Positions 1 to 9,692 of a stretch of 48,980 nt of DNA are shown here, one piece after another. The first letter of the stretch is position 1. Each line of letters starts with the position of its first letter. Source of the stretch: a phage; sequence record NC_105619.1, one strand, 5' to 3'. The translations under genes were made by a program, and so were the position numbers. The notes beneath the pieces were generated by a model that searched no databases, was not told the origin of the DNA, and saw only the letters and a list, made by a program, of their open reading frames with translations.

Positions 1-525
1 ATGAGTGAACCTAAGAACGCTCCTGTAGTTCAGGGAGGTAATTTCAAAGAGCTATACAAGAAAAAGTTCGGCACTGTTCTTGCTAAAAACCGGGCAATGA
101 CGCCTGAGCAATTATTCGCTCTGTCAGTGAAGTATTTCGAATGGGCAGAGGATAATGCAATCAAGGCGTCGGAATCAGCCAGCTTTCAGGGTGGCGTTTA
201 TGAATCTCTTGTTCATAAGCCGCGAGTGTTTACGTGGACAGGATACAGGCTATTCATCGGTGCAAGTGAGGCCGCGATCATTAAGTGGAAGCGAGAAGAG
301 GAATATAGCGAGGTTATGGAGTTCGTGGAATCTGTAATCAATGAGCAAAAATTCCAACTTGCCGCCAACGGTGTTATTAACGCCTCCTTTATCGGCAAGG
401 ATCTCGGGATCGATAAGCCAGCCTCAATCAATATCGAAAACTCGGCAGCTTCCGCATCGACCTCTGTCGCCACCACAGAGGAAGCAATGAAAGAGGCAGT
501 AAACAGTATTCTTGACATGCTTTAA
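1..525 (+). CDS. terminase small subunit (putative)
   Basis: ORF abutting the large terminase gene; its RBS AAGAGG lies at window end ~48969-48974; no diagnostic motif seen, assignment by position only. Confidence 0.45.
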   Translation: MSEPKNAPVVQGGNFKELYKKKFGTVLAKNRAMTPEQLFALSVKYFEWAEDNAIKASESASFQGGVYESLVHKPRVFTWTGYRLFIGASEAAIIKWKREEEYSEVMEFVESVINEQKFQLAANGVINASFIGKDLGIDKPASINIENSAASASTSVATTEEAMKEAVNSILDML

Positions 526-564
526 TTGCACGGGCGCGAAAGCGCCCACGTAGGAGACTTGATT

Positions 565-2133
565 ATGATTCAATGGGAAGACCTCGACGCAACTCAGAAG
601 TTAGCGATCAAGAAAATGAGCGAGGCCAATTTCGAAAAAATGATTCGGATCTGGTTCCAGCTTATGCAGGCGCAGCAGTTCCAGCCTAACTGGCATCACC
701 TTTACCTATGTCACGAAGTGGAGGAAATTATTGCAGGGCGACGAGGGAATACAATCTTTAACGTCACGCCAGGTTCCGGTAAAACTGAAGTGTTCTCAAT
801 TCACCTTCCGGTGTACGCAATGCTAAAGTGCAAAAAGGTGAGAAACCTTAACGTGTCGTTTGCCGACAGCTTAGTTAAGCGTAACAGTAAGCGTGTCCGT
901 GAGATTATCAGCAGCAACGAATTTCAAGAGCTATGGCCTTGCAAGTTCGGTACATCGAAAGACGAGGAGATGCAGGTTCTTAACGAAGACGGAAAGGTTT
1001 GGTTTGAGTTGATATCAGCTGCGGCTGGAGGTCGAATTACAGGTTCTCGTGGTGGCTACATGATGCCTGGATTCTCCGGGATGGTAATGCTCGACGATAT
1101 CGACAAGCCTGATGATATGTTCTCAAAGGTTAAGCGTGAGCGTACGCACATGCTATTGAAAAACACCATTCGATCCCGTCGTATGCATAACGAGACGCCT
1201 ATTATTGCAATTCAGCAACGACTACATGCTCAGGATTCAACCTGGTTCATGATGAATGGCGGGATGGGTATTGAGTTTGACCAAATCTCAATCCCGGCGC
1301 TGGTGACGGAAGAATACGGAAAGACACTTCCTGATTGGTTGCAGCCTTACTTTGAGCGTGATGTTTTATCGTCTGAGTATGTAGAATTGGATGGCGTTAA
1401 TCATTACTCTTTTTGGCCCAGCAAGGAAAGCGTTCACGACCTGTTAGCGTTACGAGAAGCAGATCAGTATACCTTTGATTCTCAGTATCAGCAGAAACCG
1501 ATCGCGCTGGGTGGCTCCGTGTTTAACTCAGAGTGGTGGACTTATTACGGCAGCAGTCTTGATGCTGACGAGCCAGATCCGGGTAAATATGATTACCGAT
1601 TCATCACTGCCGATACCGCTCAGAAGACAGGCGAGCTAAACGACTACACGGTATTTTGTTTGTGGGGCAAGAAGAATGATAAGGTTTACTTTATCGACGG
1701 CATTCGCGGAAAGTGGGAAGCTCCGGATATGGAGAGGCAATTTACAGCTTTCGTCAATCAGGCATGGAGGCACAATAAATCAATGGGCGTGCTTCGAAAA
1801 ATCTACGTGGAAGATAAAGCGAGCGGTACGGGCCTTATCCAGAACCTCAGGAAAAAGACTCCAATCTCTATCACTCCGTTGCAGCGTAACAAAGACAAAG
1901 TTACCCGCGCGATGGATGCTCAGCCAGTCATCAAGGCTGGGCGCGTAGTTCTTCCAGAAGAGCACCCTATGCTCGCGGAAATCATCGCAGAACATAGCGC
2001 GTTCACTTACGATGACACGCATCCGCACGACGATATTGTCGATAACTTCATGGACGCTGCAAACATTGAACTACTGACAATTGACGATCCTATCGAGAGA
2101 ATGAAGCGACTCGCCGGGATGGTTAAGCGGTAA
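565..2133 (+). CDS. terminase large subunit
   Basis: Start moved to internal ATG (residue 14 of track ORF 526..2133) preceded by RBS AGGAGA; ~520 aa, position between small terminase and portal; ATPase/nuclease architecture typical of TerL. Confidence 0.85.
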   Translation: MIQWEDLDATQKLAIKKMSEANFEKMIRIWFQLMQAQQFQPNWHHLYLCHEVEEIIAGRRGNTIFNVTPGSGKTEVFSIHLPVYAMLKCKKVRNLNVSFADSLVKRNSKRVREIISSNEFQELWPCKFGTSKDEEMQVLNEDGKVWFELISAAAGGRITGSRGGYMMPGFSGMVMLDDIDKPDDMFSKVKRERTHMLLKNTIRSRRMHNETPIIAIQQRLHAQDSTWFMMNGGMGIEFDQISIPALVTEEYGKTLPDWLQPYFERDVLSSEYVELDGVNHYSFWPSKESVHDLLALREADQYTFDSQYQQKPIALGGSVFNSEWWTYYGSSLDADEPDPGKYDYRFITADTAQKTGELNDYTVFCLWGKKNDKVYFIDGIRGKWEAPDMERQFTAFVNQAWRHNKSMGVLRKIYVEDKASGTGLIQNLRKKTPISITPLQRNKDKVTRAMDAQPVIKAGRVVLPEEHPMLAEIIAEHSAFTYDDTHPHDDIVDNFMDAANIELLTIDDPIERMKRLAGMVKR

Positions 2134-2149
2134 TAAATGAGATATAATC

Positions 2150-2175
2150 AGGGCTGTCAATTGACGGCCCTTTTT
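2150..2175 (+). terminator. hairpin AGGGC-TGTCAATTGACG-GCCCT followed by T-run, between terminase and portal
   Basis: Perfect inverted repeat plus TTTTT read directly; possible attenuator. Confidence 0.4.
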
Positions 2176-2187
2176 ATTGGAGGAAAC

Positions 2188-3471
2188 ATGAAAATTGTTA
2201 AGCATGATGGATATAACGATATCTTTAACGGCGGCGCGGACGGATCGCCTAAGCCATTCTTTATGTCTGATGCATCATATCACGTCGGTTCTTTCTACAA
2301 CGACAACGCAACCGCGAAGCGAATTGTGGATGTTATCCCGGAAGAGATGGTGACGGCTGGCTTTAAAATGTCAGGTGTTAAGGATGAAAAAGAGTTCAAA
2401 TCTTTATGGGATAGCTACAAACTTGATTCAAGTCTGGTTGATCTTCTTTGTTGGGCGCGACTTTACGGTGGTGCGGCGATGGTGGCAATCATCAACGACA
2501 ACCGGATGTTAACCAGTCAGGCAAAGCCTGGAGCCAAACTTGAAGGCGTCCGAGTTTACGATCGATTTGCTATCACTATTGAAAAGCGAGTCACCAATGC
2601 AAGATCCCCTCGCTATGGTGAGCCTGAAATTTACAAGGTATCCCCTGGCGACAATATGCAGCCGTATCTAATTCATCACTCAAGAGTCTTTATTGCTGAT
2701 GGTGAACGAGTAACGCAACAGGCAAGAAAGCAGAATCAAGGATGGGGAGCTTCGGTATTGAACAAGTCACTGATTGATGCAATCTGTGACTATGATTACT
2801 GTGAATCTCTGGCTACTCAGATCTTGCGACGCAAGCAACAGGCTGTATGGAAGGTCAAAGGTCTTGCTGAAATGTGTGATGATGATGATGCTCAGTATGC
2901 CGCGCGCCTGCGACTGGCTCAGGTTGATGATAACTCCGGCGTAGGCCGTGCGATCGGTATCGATGCTGAGACTGAGGAATATGACGTTCTCAATTCTGAT
3001 ATCAGCGGAGTTCCTGAGTTCTTATCAAGCAAGATGGACCGCATCGTCTCCCTATCCGGGATTCATGAGATTATCATCAAGAATAAGAACGTAGGCGGCG
3101 TATCAGCGAGCCAAAACACAGCGCTTGAGACTTTCTATAAGCTAGTCGATCGAAAGCGCGAGGAAGATTACAGGCCTCTTCTTGAGTTCTTGTTGCCGTT
3201 CATTGTTGATGAGGAAGAGTGGTCGATCGAGTTTGAGCCTTTGTCTGTTCCGAGTAAGAAAGAGGAGTCAGAGATCACGAAGAATAACGTTGAGTCGGTT
3301 ACGAAAGCTATCACTGAGCAAATCATCGATCTTGAAGAAGCTCGCGACACGTTGCGATCCATTGCCCCTGAGTTCAAACTCAAGGATGGTAATAACATCA
3401 ACATTCGCGAACCGAAAGAAATAACCGAGCCGGAACCGGGGTTAGGGGAGAAGTTAGAAGATGAAAATTAA
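2188..3471 (+). CDS. portal protein
   Basis: Start at internal ATG (residue 18 of track ORF 2137..3471) after GGAGGAAAC RBS; ~430 aa acidic C-terminus; immediately downstream of terminase. Confidence 0.8.
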   Translation: MKIVKHDGYNDIFNGGADGSPKPFFMSDASYHVGSFYNDNATAKRIVDVIPEEMVTAGFKMSGVKDEKEFKSLWDSYKLDSSLVDLLCWARLYGGAAMVAIINDNRMLTSQAKPGAKLEGVRVYDRFAITIEKRVTNARSPRYGEPEIYKVSPGDNMQPYLIHHSRVFIADGERVTQQARKQNQGWGASVLNKSLIDAICDYDYCESLATQILRRKQQAVWKVKGLAEMCDDDDAQYAARLRLAQVDDNSGVGRAIGIDAETEEYDVLNSDISGVPEFLSSKMDRIVSLSGIHEIIIKNKNVGGVSASQNTALETFYKLVDRKREEDYRPLLEFLLPFIVDEEEWSIEFEPLSVPSKKEESEITKNNVESVTKAITEQIIDLEEARDTLRSIAPEFKLKDGNNINIREPKEITEPEPGLGEKLEDEN

Positions 3472-4222
3472 TGGCGTTGCAACACAGTGGCGCTATCCTG
3501 AAATGAGCGAGCGCGCAATGTCGCGCTCCCTACAGGATGTGGCAGCCAAGCTAACTGAAAAAATGCGTGACGAATTAAAGCCGATGAAATTTGATGCTAC
3601 CGACGAAGAGATAGATCAGGCAGAAAGGTCATTGCTTGATTACGTTGAATCGCTCATCGCGCCGATTATCGGTTCTCTATCATCCGTTGCGCTCACGATC
3701 TATAAATTCAACTCTAAGCAGTGGCTGCGTATCGCTCGCAATGCTGGAGGCAAGAAGAATCAAGCCGTAATGCTACTTGCCTTGATTGGTCCTACCGCTG
3801 CCGAAAGCTGGTACTCAGGACAATATAATCTGTGGCGTTCGCAGGTAACTACTTCTATCAGGAAATTTGCCGCCAACATGGTTACAGATTTCACTGACAA
3901 ACTTCGCACGGCATCCGGTCAGGGTAAAAGTAAGGATTTTGTTGTTGAGCTTGCTAAGGAACGATTTGGTATTTACCGGAATTGGGCCAAAAATAGAGCG
4001 TCTGGAATTGTCGGAACATGGAACAGTAGACTGATGCGGCAGCGCATAAAAGACGCTGGTGTATCTTACTATTTCTGGCGCGGAGTGATGGATTTACGAG
4101 AACGTGAAAAACATGTAAGATGGGAAGGTAAGCGCATAGCGGTAGATTCCGATCACGTATTCCCGGGTGAAGAATACAACTGCCGTTGTTGGGCTGTTCC
4201 AGACTTTTACACAGGAGATTAA
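3461..4222 (+). CDS. head morphogenesis protein (Mu F / SPP1 gp7-like)
   Basis: C-terminal hallmark ...VFPGEEYNCRCWAVP (NCRC motif of Mu-F-like minor head proteins); overlaps portal stop. Confidence 0.7.
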   Translation: MKINGVATQWRYPEMSERAMSRSLQDVAAKLTEKMRDELKPMKFDATDEEIDQAERSLLDYVESLIAPIIGSLSSVALTIYKFNSKQWLRIARNAGGKKNQAVMLLALIGPTAAESWYSGQYNLWRSQVTTSIRKFAANMVTDFTDKLRTASGQGKSKDFVVELAKERFGIYRNWAKNRASGIVGTWNSRLMRQRIKDAGVSYYFWRGVMDLREREKHVRWEGKRIAVDSDHVFPGEEYNCRCWAVPDFYTGD

Positions 4223-4224
4223 AA

Positions 4225-5337
4225 ATGAAGGCAAAGCAAAGATTCGATTCAGTAAAAATCAAGGCGCACTTTGATGATAACGGTTTTTTAGTTGACCGCC
4301 CAATCGTGGCGCGAATCGGCGCTCAGGTTTACAAAACGCCGCACGGCGATCGAGTTGAGTTCCGTCCGGCGTCCGAAGTTTTCAAGCAAGACTCCTTGCA
4401 AAGTTTTGCGGGGAAGCCAATTACTGTCGGTCACGTAACGGTAACTCCGCAGAATGCTAAGGACGTTGTTGTCGGGTCGTGTGCTGGCGCTGGTATTGCT
4501 TCAGGGGTTGGCGTTGAAGTTCCTTTGAGTATTTACAGCGACTACGCGATCAGCAAGGCTAAAGCAAAAGAAGCAGGCGAATTATCTGTTGGTTATACTT
4601 CGGTTGATATTGATAAGCCTGGTTGGGGTTCAAATGAGACTGGAGAATATATCTTCGAAGAGGATATGAAACAGGACGAAGCTCCGCCTGAAGGTTGGGT
4701 TAAATTTGACGCGGTACAGACCAATATCAAGGTCAATCATATTGCCCTAGTATTCAAAGGTCGTGCTGGAATTGCTAAATTAAATCTTGATGCCGAACAG
4801 GAATTTCCGTATGATAATAACGTTCAATCAACCAACGAGGACAAGCAGATGAAAAAAATTAAGATCGATTCAGTTGATGTGGAAGTAACCGAAGACGTTG
4901 CGAACCATATCGAAAAGTTAACCGCACAGATCGCTACCATTCAGGGCAAAGCTGACGGCTTCGAAGCAGAACGTGACGCGCTCAAGGTCAAGGTTGACTC
5001 TCTGCCGGAACTGGTAAAAGCAGAAGTGGAGAAGCAGAAAGCTGACGCAGCCGCACGCGCAGAAGTCACCGCAGTAGCAGAAACCGCAGGCGTTAAGCAT
5101 GACGGCCTTGAAATCAAAGACGTTAAGATCGCTGTTGTAAAAGCAATGCTGGACAAAGATGTGAGCGAAAAATCTGATGCATACATCGACGCTATGTTTG
5201 ATGTTGCTAAGGATTCTGATATTATGGCTATTCAGCGTAAAGCGGTAAAAGGCGACTCTATCGAAGACGGCAAGCCGGAAGAGAAAAACGACGCCGCACC
5301 TGTTACGCCAAATTCACGTTTAAGCAAAGTAATGTAA
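4225..5337 (+). CDS. capsid scaffolding protein (putative)
   Basis: Start at internal ATG with AGGAGA RBS; C-terminal Ala/Glu/Lys-rich coiled-coil-like region; position between head morphogenesis and capsid genes. Confidence 0.5.
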   Translation: MKAKQRFDSVKIKAHFDDNGFLVDRPIVARIGAQVYKTPHGDRVEFRPASEVFKQDSLQSFAGKPITVGHVTVTPQNAKDVVVGSCAGAGIASGVGVEVPLSIYSDYAISKAKAKEAGELSVGYTSVDIDKPGWGSNETGEYIFEEDMKQDEAPPEGWVKFDAVQTNIKVNHIALVFKGRAGIAKLNLDAEQEFPYDNNVQSTNEDKQMKKIKIDSVDVEVTEDVANHIEKLTAQIATIQGKADGFEAERDALKVKVDSLPELVKAEVEKQKADAAARAEVTAVAETAGVKHDGLEIKDVKIAVVKAMLDKDVSEKSDAYIDAMFDVAKDSDIMAIQRKAVKGDSIEDGKPEEKNDAAPVTPNSRLSKVM

Positions 5338-5348
5338 GGAGAAAAATT

Positions 5349-5825
5349 ATGGCACAGATTAACGCATCTTATCAGCGCGATATGGCGATCGCCCTTCCGG
5401 GTATGGTTGCAGATACTTCCAAGTACAACATCGACGGCGCTTGTGTCGTTAACGAAGGTGATGTTTTTGTTGGTGCTGCTGTTCAGGTTGTCCAGGCTCA
5501 GGCTGTTGATGGTCATAAACTTGTTAAGGCTATGGAAGCGTCTAAAGTACCGTACGGCGTAGCGATTCGTTCTCACTGGCAGACTGCCAACGCTCAAAAC
5601 CAGATGGTTTATGAAGAAGGCGGTGCAATCAACGTCATGACCTCCGGGCGAGTCTGGATGCTTTCCAAATCAGAAGAAGCACCAACTTTCGGAACCGCCG
5701 TTAAACTTGACGTTGACGGTCAAGAGAAATCTGATGGCACGATTGAAACTGCCTGGACTTACGCTGGCGGCTGGACTAAATACAAAGATATTCAGCTTGT
5801 AGAAGTTCAGTTGCATCAACTGTAA
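5349..5825 (+). CDS. capsid decoration-like protein, paralog 1
   Basis: N-terminus (..ALPGMVADTSKYNIDGACVV..GDV.VGAAVQVV) is paralogous to the N-terminus of the next ORF. Confidence 0.45.
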   Translation: MAQINASYQRDMAIALPGMVADTSKYNIDGACVVNEGDVFVGAAVQVVQAQAVDGHKLVKAMEASKVPYGVAIRSHWQTANAQNQMVYEEGGAINVMTSGRVWMLSKSEEAPTFGTAVKLDVDGQEKSDGTIETAWTYAGGWTKYKDIQLVEVQLHQL

Positions 5826-5885
5826 TTAGCGTTTAATATGGGGACTATCCTTTTTGGATGGTCCTTTTTTTATGGAGAAATAATT

Positions 5886-6653
5886 ATGGCTTACGAAAAT
5901 TTAATGTTGCGCCCGGCGTGTCCTGGAAATCTTTCCGATACTTCAACCTACAATATTGATGGTGCTTGCGTTGCGCAGGGTGATATTGAGTTCGGCTCGG
6001 CGGTACAGGTTATCGGGATCGTTGATGGTGTTAAAGTAGTCACGGCGCTTACTGATGGTGGAACTCCTTACGGTATAGCTTTCCGTTCCCAATATGAACA
6101 CCTGAGCGGTAAAATCTTAGACGGCGAAGTGTGCAACGTAGTTTCTCACGGTCGCATGTGGGCGCTTACTTCTCTTGATGAGGCTCCCGGCTTATTCTCA
6201 AAGTTGCAATTTGGATCTGGTGGCGTTGTTACTGGTGGATCTGGTTCCGTAGGTTGGACCTTCGCGGGTGGCTTTGTTAAGCATGAAGACGGCTACATCA
6301 TTGAGGTTCAGGTGAAACAAAATGCTTTCATCGTCCCACCGCCGCCGCCTCCAGTTGTTCTTGTTGAATCAGCTACGATCACTACCGACAAGGAAAGTCC
6401 TCAGCCGAACAACGTTACGATTCAGTGCGTAGCTAATGTTCTTCCGGTGAACGCTGATGATAAAACTGGCAAGTGGTCAATTGACGCCACCAACATTGCT
6501 ACTGTGGATCCTGACTCCGGTTTGGTTACTCCTGTAGGTGGAGAAGTCGTCGGTAATTTCAGTATTACCTGGACGGCTAATGATGCCAGCAAGACTAAGG
6601 CTACTATTGCTTATCGCGTCGAGGCAGTTCCAACTCCAGAAGATGAGTCATAA
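5886..6653 (+). CDS. capsid decoration-like protein, paralog 2, with C-terminal Ig-like (Big_2-type) domain
   Basis: Start at internal ATG (RBS GGAGAAA); N-domain paralogous to 5349..5825; PPPPPPVV linker then Big_2-like pattern (..VTIQCVANVLPVNADD..WSIDATNIATVDPDSGLVTPV..). Confidence 0.5.
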   Translation: MAYENLMLRPACPGNLSDTSTYNIDGACVAQGDIEFGSAVQVIGIVDGVKVVTALTDGGTPYGIAFRSQYEHLSGKILDGEVCNVVSHGRMWALTSLDEAPGLFSKLQFGSGGVVTGGSGSVGWTFAGGFVKHEDGYIIEVQVKQNAFIVPPPPPPVVLVESATITTDKESPQPNNVTIQCVANVLPVNADDKTGKWSIDATNIATVDPDSGLVTPVGGEVVGNFSITWTANDASKTKATIAYRVEAVPTPEDES

Positions 6654-6691
6654 CACAAAAACACTTTGACGCTTTAACAAAAAGTGCTATT
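6647..6691 (-). promoter_or_regulatory. reverse-oriented copy of the TAGCA-N5-TGTTA promoter module (antisense to late genes)
   Basis: On minus strand AATAGCACTTTTTGTTAA + 22 nt + TATGAC (preceded by TGt). Confidence 0.35.
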
Positions 6692-6696
6692 ATTGA

Positions 6697-6724
6697 AGCC
6701 GTGAACATAATCACGGCTTTTTTA
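6697..6724 (+). terminator. rho-independent terminator
   Basis: AGCCGTGA-acataa-TCACGGCT followed by TTTTTT. Confidence 0.7.
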
Positions 6725-6744
6725 TTAACTAAGGAGAAATAATT

Positions 6745-7704
6745 ATGGCTACTAAAAAATTTGATGAAGCAGACAAAAGCAATGTCGAAATGTATCTGAT
6801 CCAGGCTGGCGTAAAACAGGATGCAGCCGCAACAATGGGTATCTGGACCGCTCAGGAACTACACCGCATCAAAAGCCAGTCCTATGAAGAAGACTACCCG
6901 GTCGGCTCAGCTTTACGCGTATTCCCGGTTACAACCGAGCTTTCTCCGACCGACAAGACGTTTGAGTATATGACCTTTGATAAGGTTGGTACGGCTCAGA
7001 TTATCGCAGACTACACCGACGATCTTCCGCTGGTTGATGCCCTGGGTACTTCTGAATTTGGCAAGGTGTTCCGTCTTGGTAACGCGTACCTGATCTCAAT
7101 CGACGAAATCAAAGCGGGTCAGGCAACTGGTCGCCCACTGTCAACCCGCAAGGCGAGTGCGTGCCAGTTGGCGCATGATCAGCTTGTTAACCGCCTGGTG
7201 TTCAAAGGTTCTGCTCCGCACAAGATCGTGTCCGTGTTCAATCATCCGAACATCACCAAAATTACCTCCGGTAAGTGGATGAATGACGCAACTCCGAAGC
7301 CGGAAACGGCTGAAGCGGAATTGACTCAGGCGATCGAAACCATCGAGACGATTACTCGCGGTCAGCATCGTGCAACCAACATCCTGATTCCGCCGTCCAT
7401 GCGTAAGGTTCTGGCGATCCGTATGCCTGAAACTACCATGTCTTATCTGGACTATTTCAAGTCTCAGAATGCGGGTATCGAAATCGACTCTATCGCAGAG
7501 CTTGAAGATATCGACGGTGCGGGTACTAAAGGTGTGCTGGTGTACGAAAAAAATCCGATGAATATGTCCATCGAGATCCCGGAAGCATTTAACATGCTGC
7601 CAGCGCAGCCGAAAGACCTTCACTTTAAAGTGCCTTGCACCTCTAAGTGTACTGGTCTTACAATTTATCGCCCGATGACTATTGTCTTAATCACTGGCGT
7701 GTAA
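6745..7704 (+). CDS. major capsid protein
   Basis: 319 aa, strong RBS AAGGAGAAA, position after decoration/scaffold genes and before connector genes. Confidence 0.75.
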   Translation: MATKKFDEADKSNVEMYLIQAGVKQDAAATMGIWTAQELHRIKSQSYEEDYPVGSALRVFPVTTELSPTDKTFEYMTFDKVGTAQIIADYTDDLPLVDALGTSEFGKVFRLGNAYLISIDEIKAGQATGRPLSTRKASACQLAHDQLVNRLVFKGSAPHKIVSVFNHPNITKITSGKWMNDATPKPETAEAELTQAIETIETITRGQHRATNILIPPSMRKVLAIRMPETTMSYLDYFKSQNAGIEIDSIAELEDIDGAGTKGVLVYEKNPMNMSIEIPEAFNMLPAQPKDLHFKVPCTSKCTGLTIYRPMTIVLITGV

Positions 7705-7753
7705 TATTATAGGTGCTAACTTAGTTAGTCCCTTTTTTATTGGAGAAATCAAA

Positions 7754-8041
7754 ATGGCTAAAGAAAAAACTGTTGTTATCGTAAACGTTGGTGTAGCTCT
7801 TCAGATGTTCCGTCTTGAAGATGGTTCCTTTGCTCAAGTTCTTCCAGATGAAGAGGTCACGCTTCCGGCTTCCGTTCTTGATTTACCTGGCCTGCGTTGC
7901 TTAATTGCTCGCGAAGAAATCGAAGTTAAAGACGACAGTGCAACCAACCGCAAAATCCGCGATGAAATGGCAAAGATCACGAAGCCAGATCCGTGGGATA
8001 GCAAAAGCGTTAAAGAGCTTGAGGACGGCGGCGAATATTAA
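7754..8041 (+). CDS. hypothetical structural protein
   Basis: ORF with RBS GGAGAAA downstream of capsid gene. Confidence 0.4.
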   Translation: MAKEKTVVIVNVGVALQMFRLEDGSFAQVLPDEEVTLPASVLDLPGLRCLIAREEIEVKDDSATNRKIRDEMAKITKPDPWDSKSVKELEDGGEY

Positions 8042-8048
8042 TCATCAA

Positions 8049-8072
8049 GGCGCTCACGTAGCGCCTTTTTTT
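8049..8072 (+). terminator. rho-independent terminator
   Basis: GGCGCT-cacgt-AGCGCC followed by TTTTTTT. Confidence 0.65.
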
Positions 8073-8085
8073 ATGGGGGTAAATT

Positions 8086-8496
8086 ATGAATCAAGAAACT
8101 TTAATTGCAGTTATCGAGCAAATGCGAAAGCTGGTTCCGGCACTTCGCAAGGTTCCAGACGAAACGCTTTATGCGTGGGTAGAAATGGCTGAGCTTTTTG
8201 TATGCCAGAAGACCTTTAAAGACGCATACGTCAAAGCTCTCGCTCTTTATGCATTGCACCTTGCTTTCCTTGACGGGTCGCTAAAAGGTGAAGATGAGGA
8301 TCTTGAATCGTACTCACGACGCGTTACGTCATTCTCCCTGAGCGGTGAATTTAGCCAGACTTTCGGCGAGGTTACGAAAAACCAGTCAGGAAACACAATG
8401 CTTTCGACGCCGTGGGGTAAGATGTTTGAACAACTTAAAGCGCGACGCCGTGGTAGGTTCGCATTAATGACCGGACTCCGTGGAGGATGCCACTAA
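8086..8496 (+). CDS. head-tail connector / adaptor protein (putative)
   Basis: Position and size in the connector block; helical N-terminus. Confidence 0.45.
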   Translation: MNQETLIAVIEQMRKLVPALRKVPDETLYAWVEMAELFVCQKTFKDAYVKALALYALHLAFLDGSLKGEDEDLESYSRRVTSFSLSGEFSQTFGEVTKNQSGNTMLSTPWGKMFEQLKARRRGRFALMTGLRGGCH

Positions 8497-8867
8497 TGAA
8501 CTACTCACAAATTGAAAGAATGGCTCGCAAAGGCGTTGCTTTCTTCACAGATCCGTCAAGACCTATGAACCTGATAAAGGAAGGTGAATATGGATACGAT
8601 GAAAATGGATTCGAGATTCCACCAATGGAACAGGTTATTCCAATATCTGGAGCCACTCGCAGACCAAATGCTCGGGAGATTGACGGAGAAACAATACGCG
8701 CCTCCGACCTTTTGGGGATCTTCAATAATGATCATGAAATAAACGAAGGCGACTATATAGAGATTGACGGTGTTCGTCATGTTGTAGTTGACGCTCGTCC
8801 GGTTCAGGCGTCATTAGAACCTGTCGCCTATCGTCCAGTATTAAGGAGGGTATCAGTCGGTGGCTAA
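8487..8867 (+). CDS. head closure / head-tail joining protein (putative)
   Basis: Overlapping start, position in connector block. Confidence 0.45.
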   Translation: MPLMNYSQIERMARKGVAFFTDPSRPMNLIKEGEYGYDENGFEIPPMEQVIPISGATRRPNAREIDGETIRASDLLGIFNNDHEINEGDYIEIDGVRHVVVDARPVQASLEPVAYRPVLRRVSVGG

Positions 8868-9303
8868 TTATCAGATTCGTAGATTTCAAGGTGAGATTGA
8901 TGCGTGGATTAAGGCAGCAGAGAGCACTCTTGAGCACGCTATTGAGATATTTGTAAGAGATGTGCATAGCGCTCTTGTTAGCCGATCTCCTGTCGATACT
9001 GGGCGTTTTAAGGGTAACTGGCAGATAACTTTTAACGAAATACCCAGCTACGCATTAAACCGATATGATAAAACTGGCGGTGTAGTACGCAGTGAGGAAC
9101 AGACAAAGACTTATGGCATGTTCAGCCGTGGAGGTGCGATAACCTCGGTTCACTTTTCAAACATGTTGATTTATGCAAACGCACTTGAATACGGTCACTC
9201 ACAGCAAGCGCCAAGCGGCGTAGTAGGATTGGTGGCGTTGAGGCTGCGATCGTATATGTCTGATGCAATAAAGCAAGCAAGGAGACAACAAAATGCACTA
9301 TGA
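8860..9303 (+). CDS. neck / tail completion protein (putative)
   Basis: Position; overlapping translationally coupled ORF. Confidence 0.4.
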   Translation: MANYQIRRFQGEIDAWIKAAESTLEHAIEIFVRDVHSALVSRSPVDTGRFKGNWQITFNEIPSYALNRYDKTGGVVRSEEQTKTYGMFSRGGAITSVHFSNMLIYANALEYGHSQQAPSGVVGLVALRLRSYMSDAIKQARRQQNAL

Positions 9304-9691
9304 GTTATCAGCTGCGGCTAGATCCGCATTTCTGTCAAAGTACAGAGATTTTCCTCACTACATGGAAAACCGCAACTTCACACCACCGAAGGATGGCGGT
9401 ATGTGGCTTAGATTTAATTACATAGAAGGCGATACACGTTATCTATCCATTGACAGAAAATGCAAGTCTTACATTGCTATCGTGCAAATTGGAGTGGTTT
9501 TCCCTCCAGGATCAGGGGTTGACGAGGCAAGATTGAAAGCAAAAGAGATTGCTGATTTTTTCAAAGATGGTAAAATGCTTAACGTTGGTTATATTTTCGA
9601 GGGTGCAATCGTGCATCAAATTGTTAAACACGAAAGCGGGTGGATGATTCCGGTTCGCTTTACAGTACGAGTAGACACAAAGGAGACTTAA
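9293..9691 (+). CDS. tail terminator / completion protein (putative)
   Basis: Position immediately upstream of major tail protein. Confidence 0.4.
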   Translation: MHYELSAAARSAFLSKYRDFPHYMENRNFTPPKDGGMWLRFNYIEGDTRYLSIDRKCKSYIAIVQIGVVFPPGSGVDEARLKAKEIADFFKDGKMLNVGYIFEGAIVHQIVKHESGWMIPVRFTVRVDTKET

Positions 9692-9692
9692 T

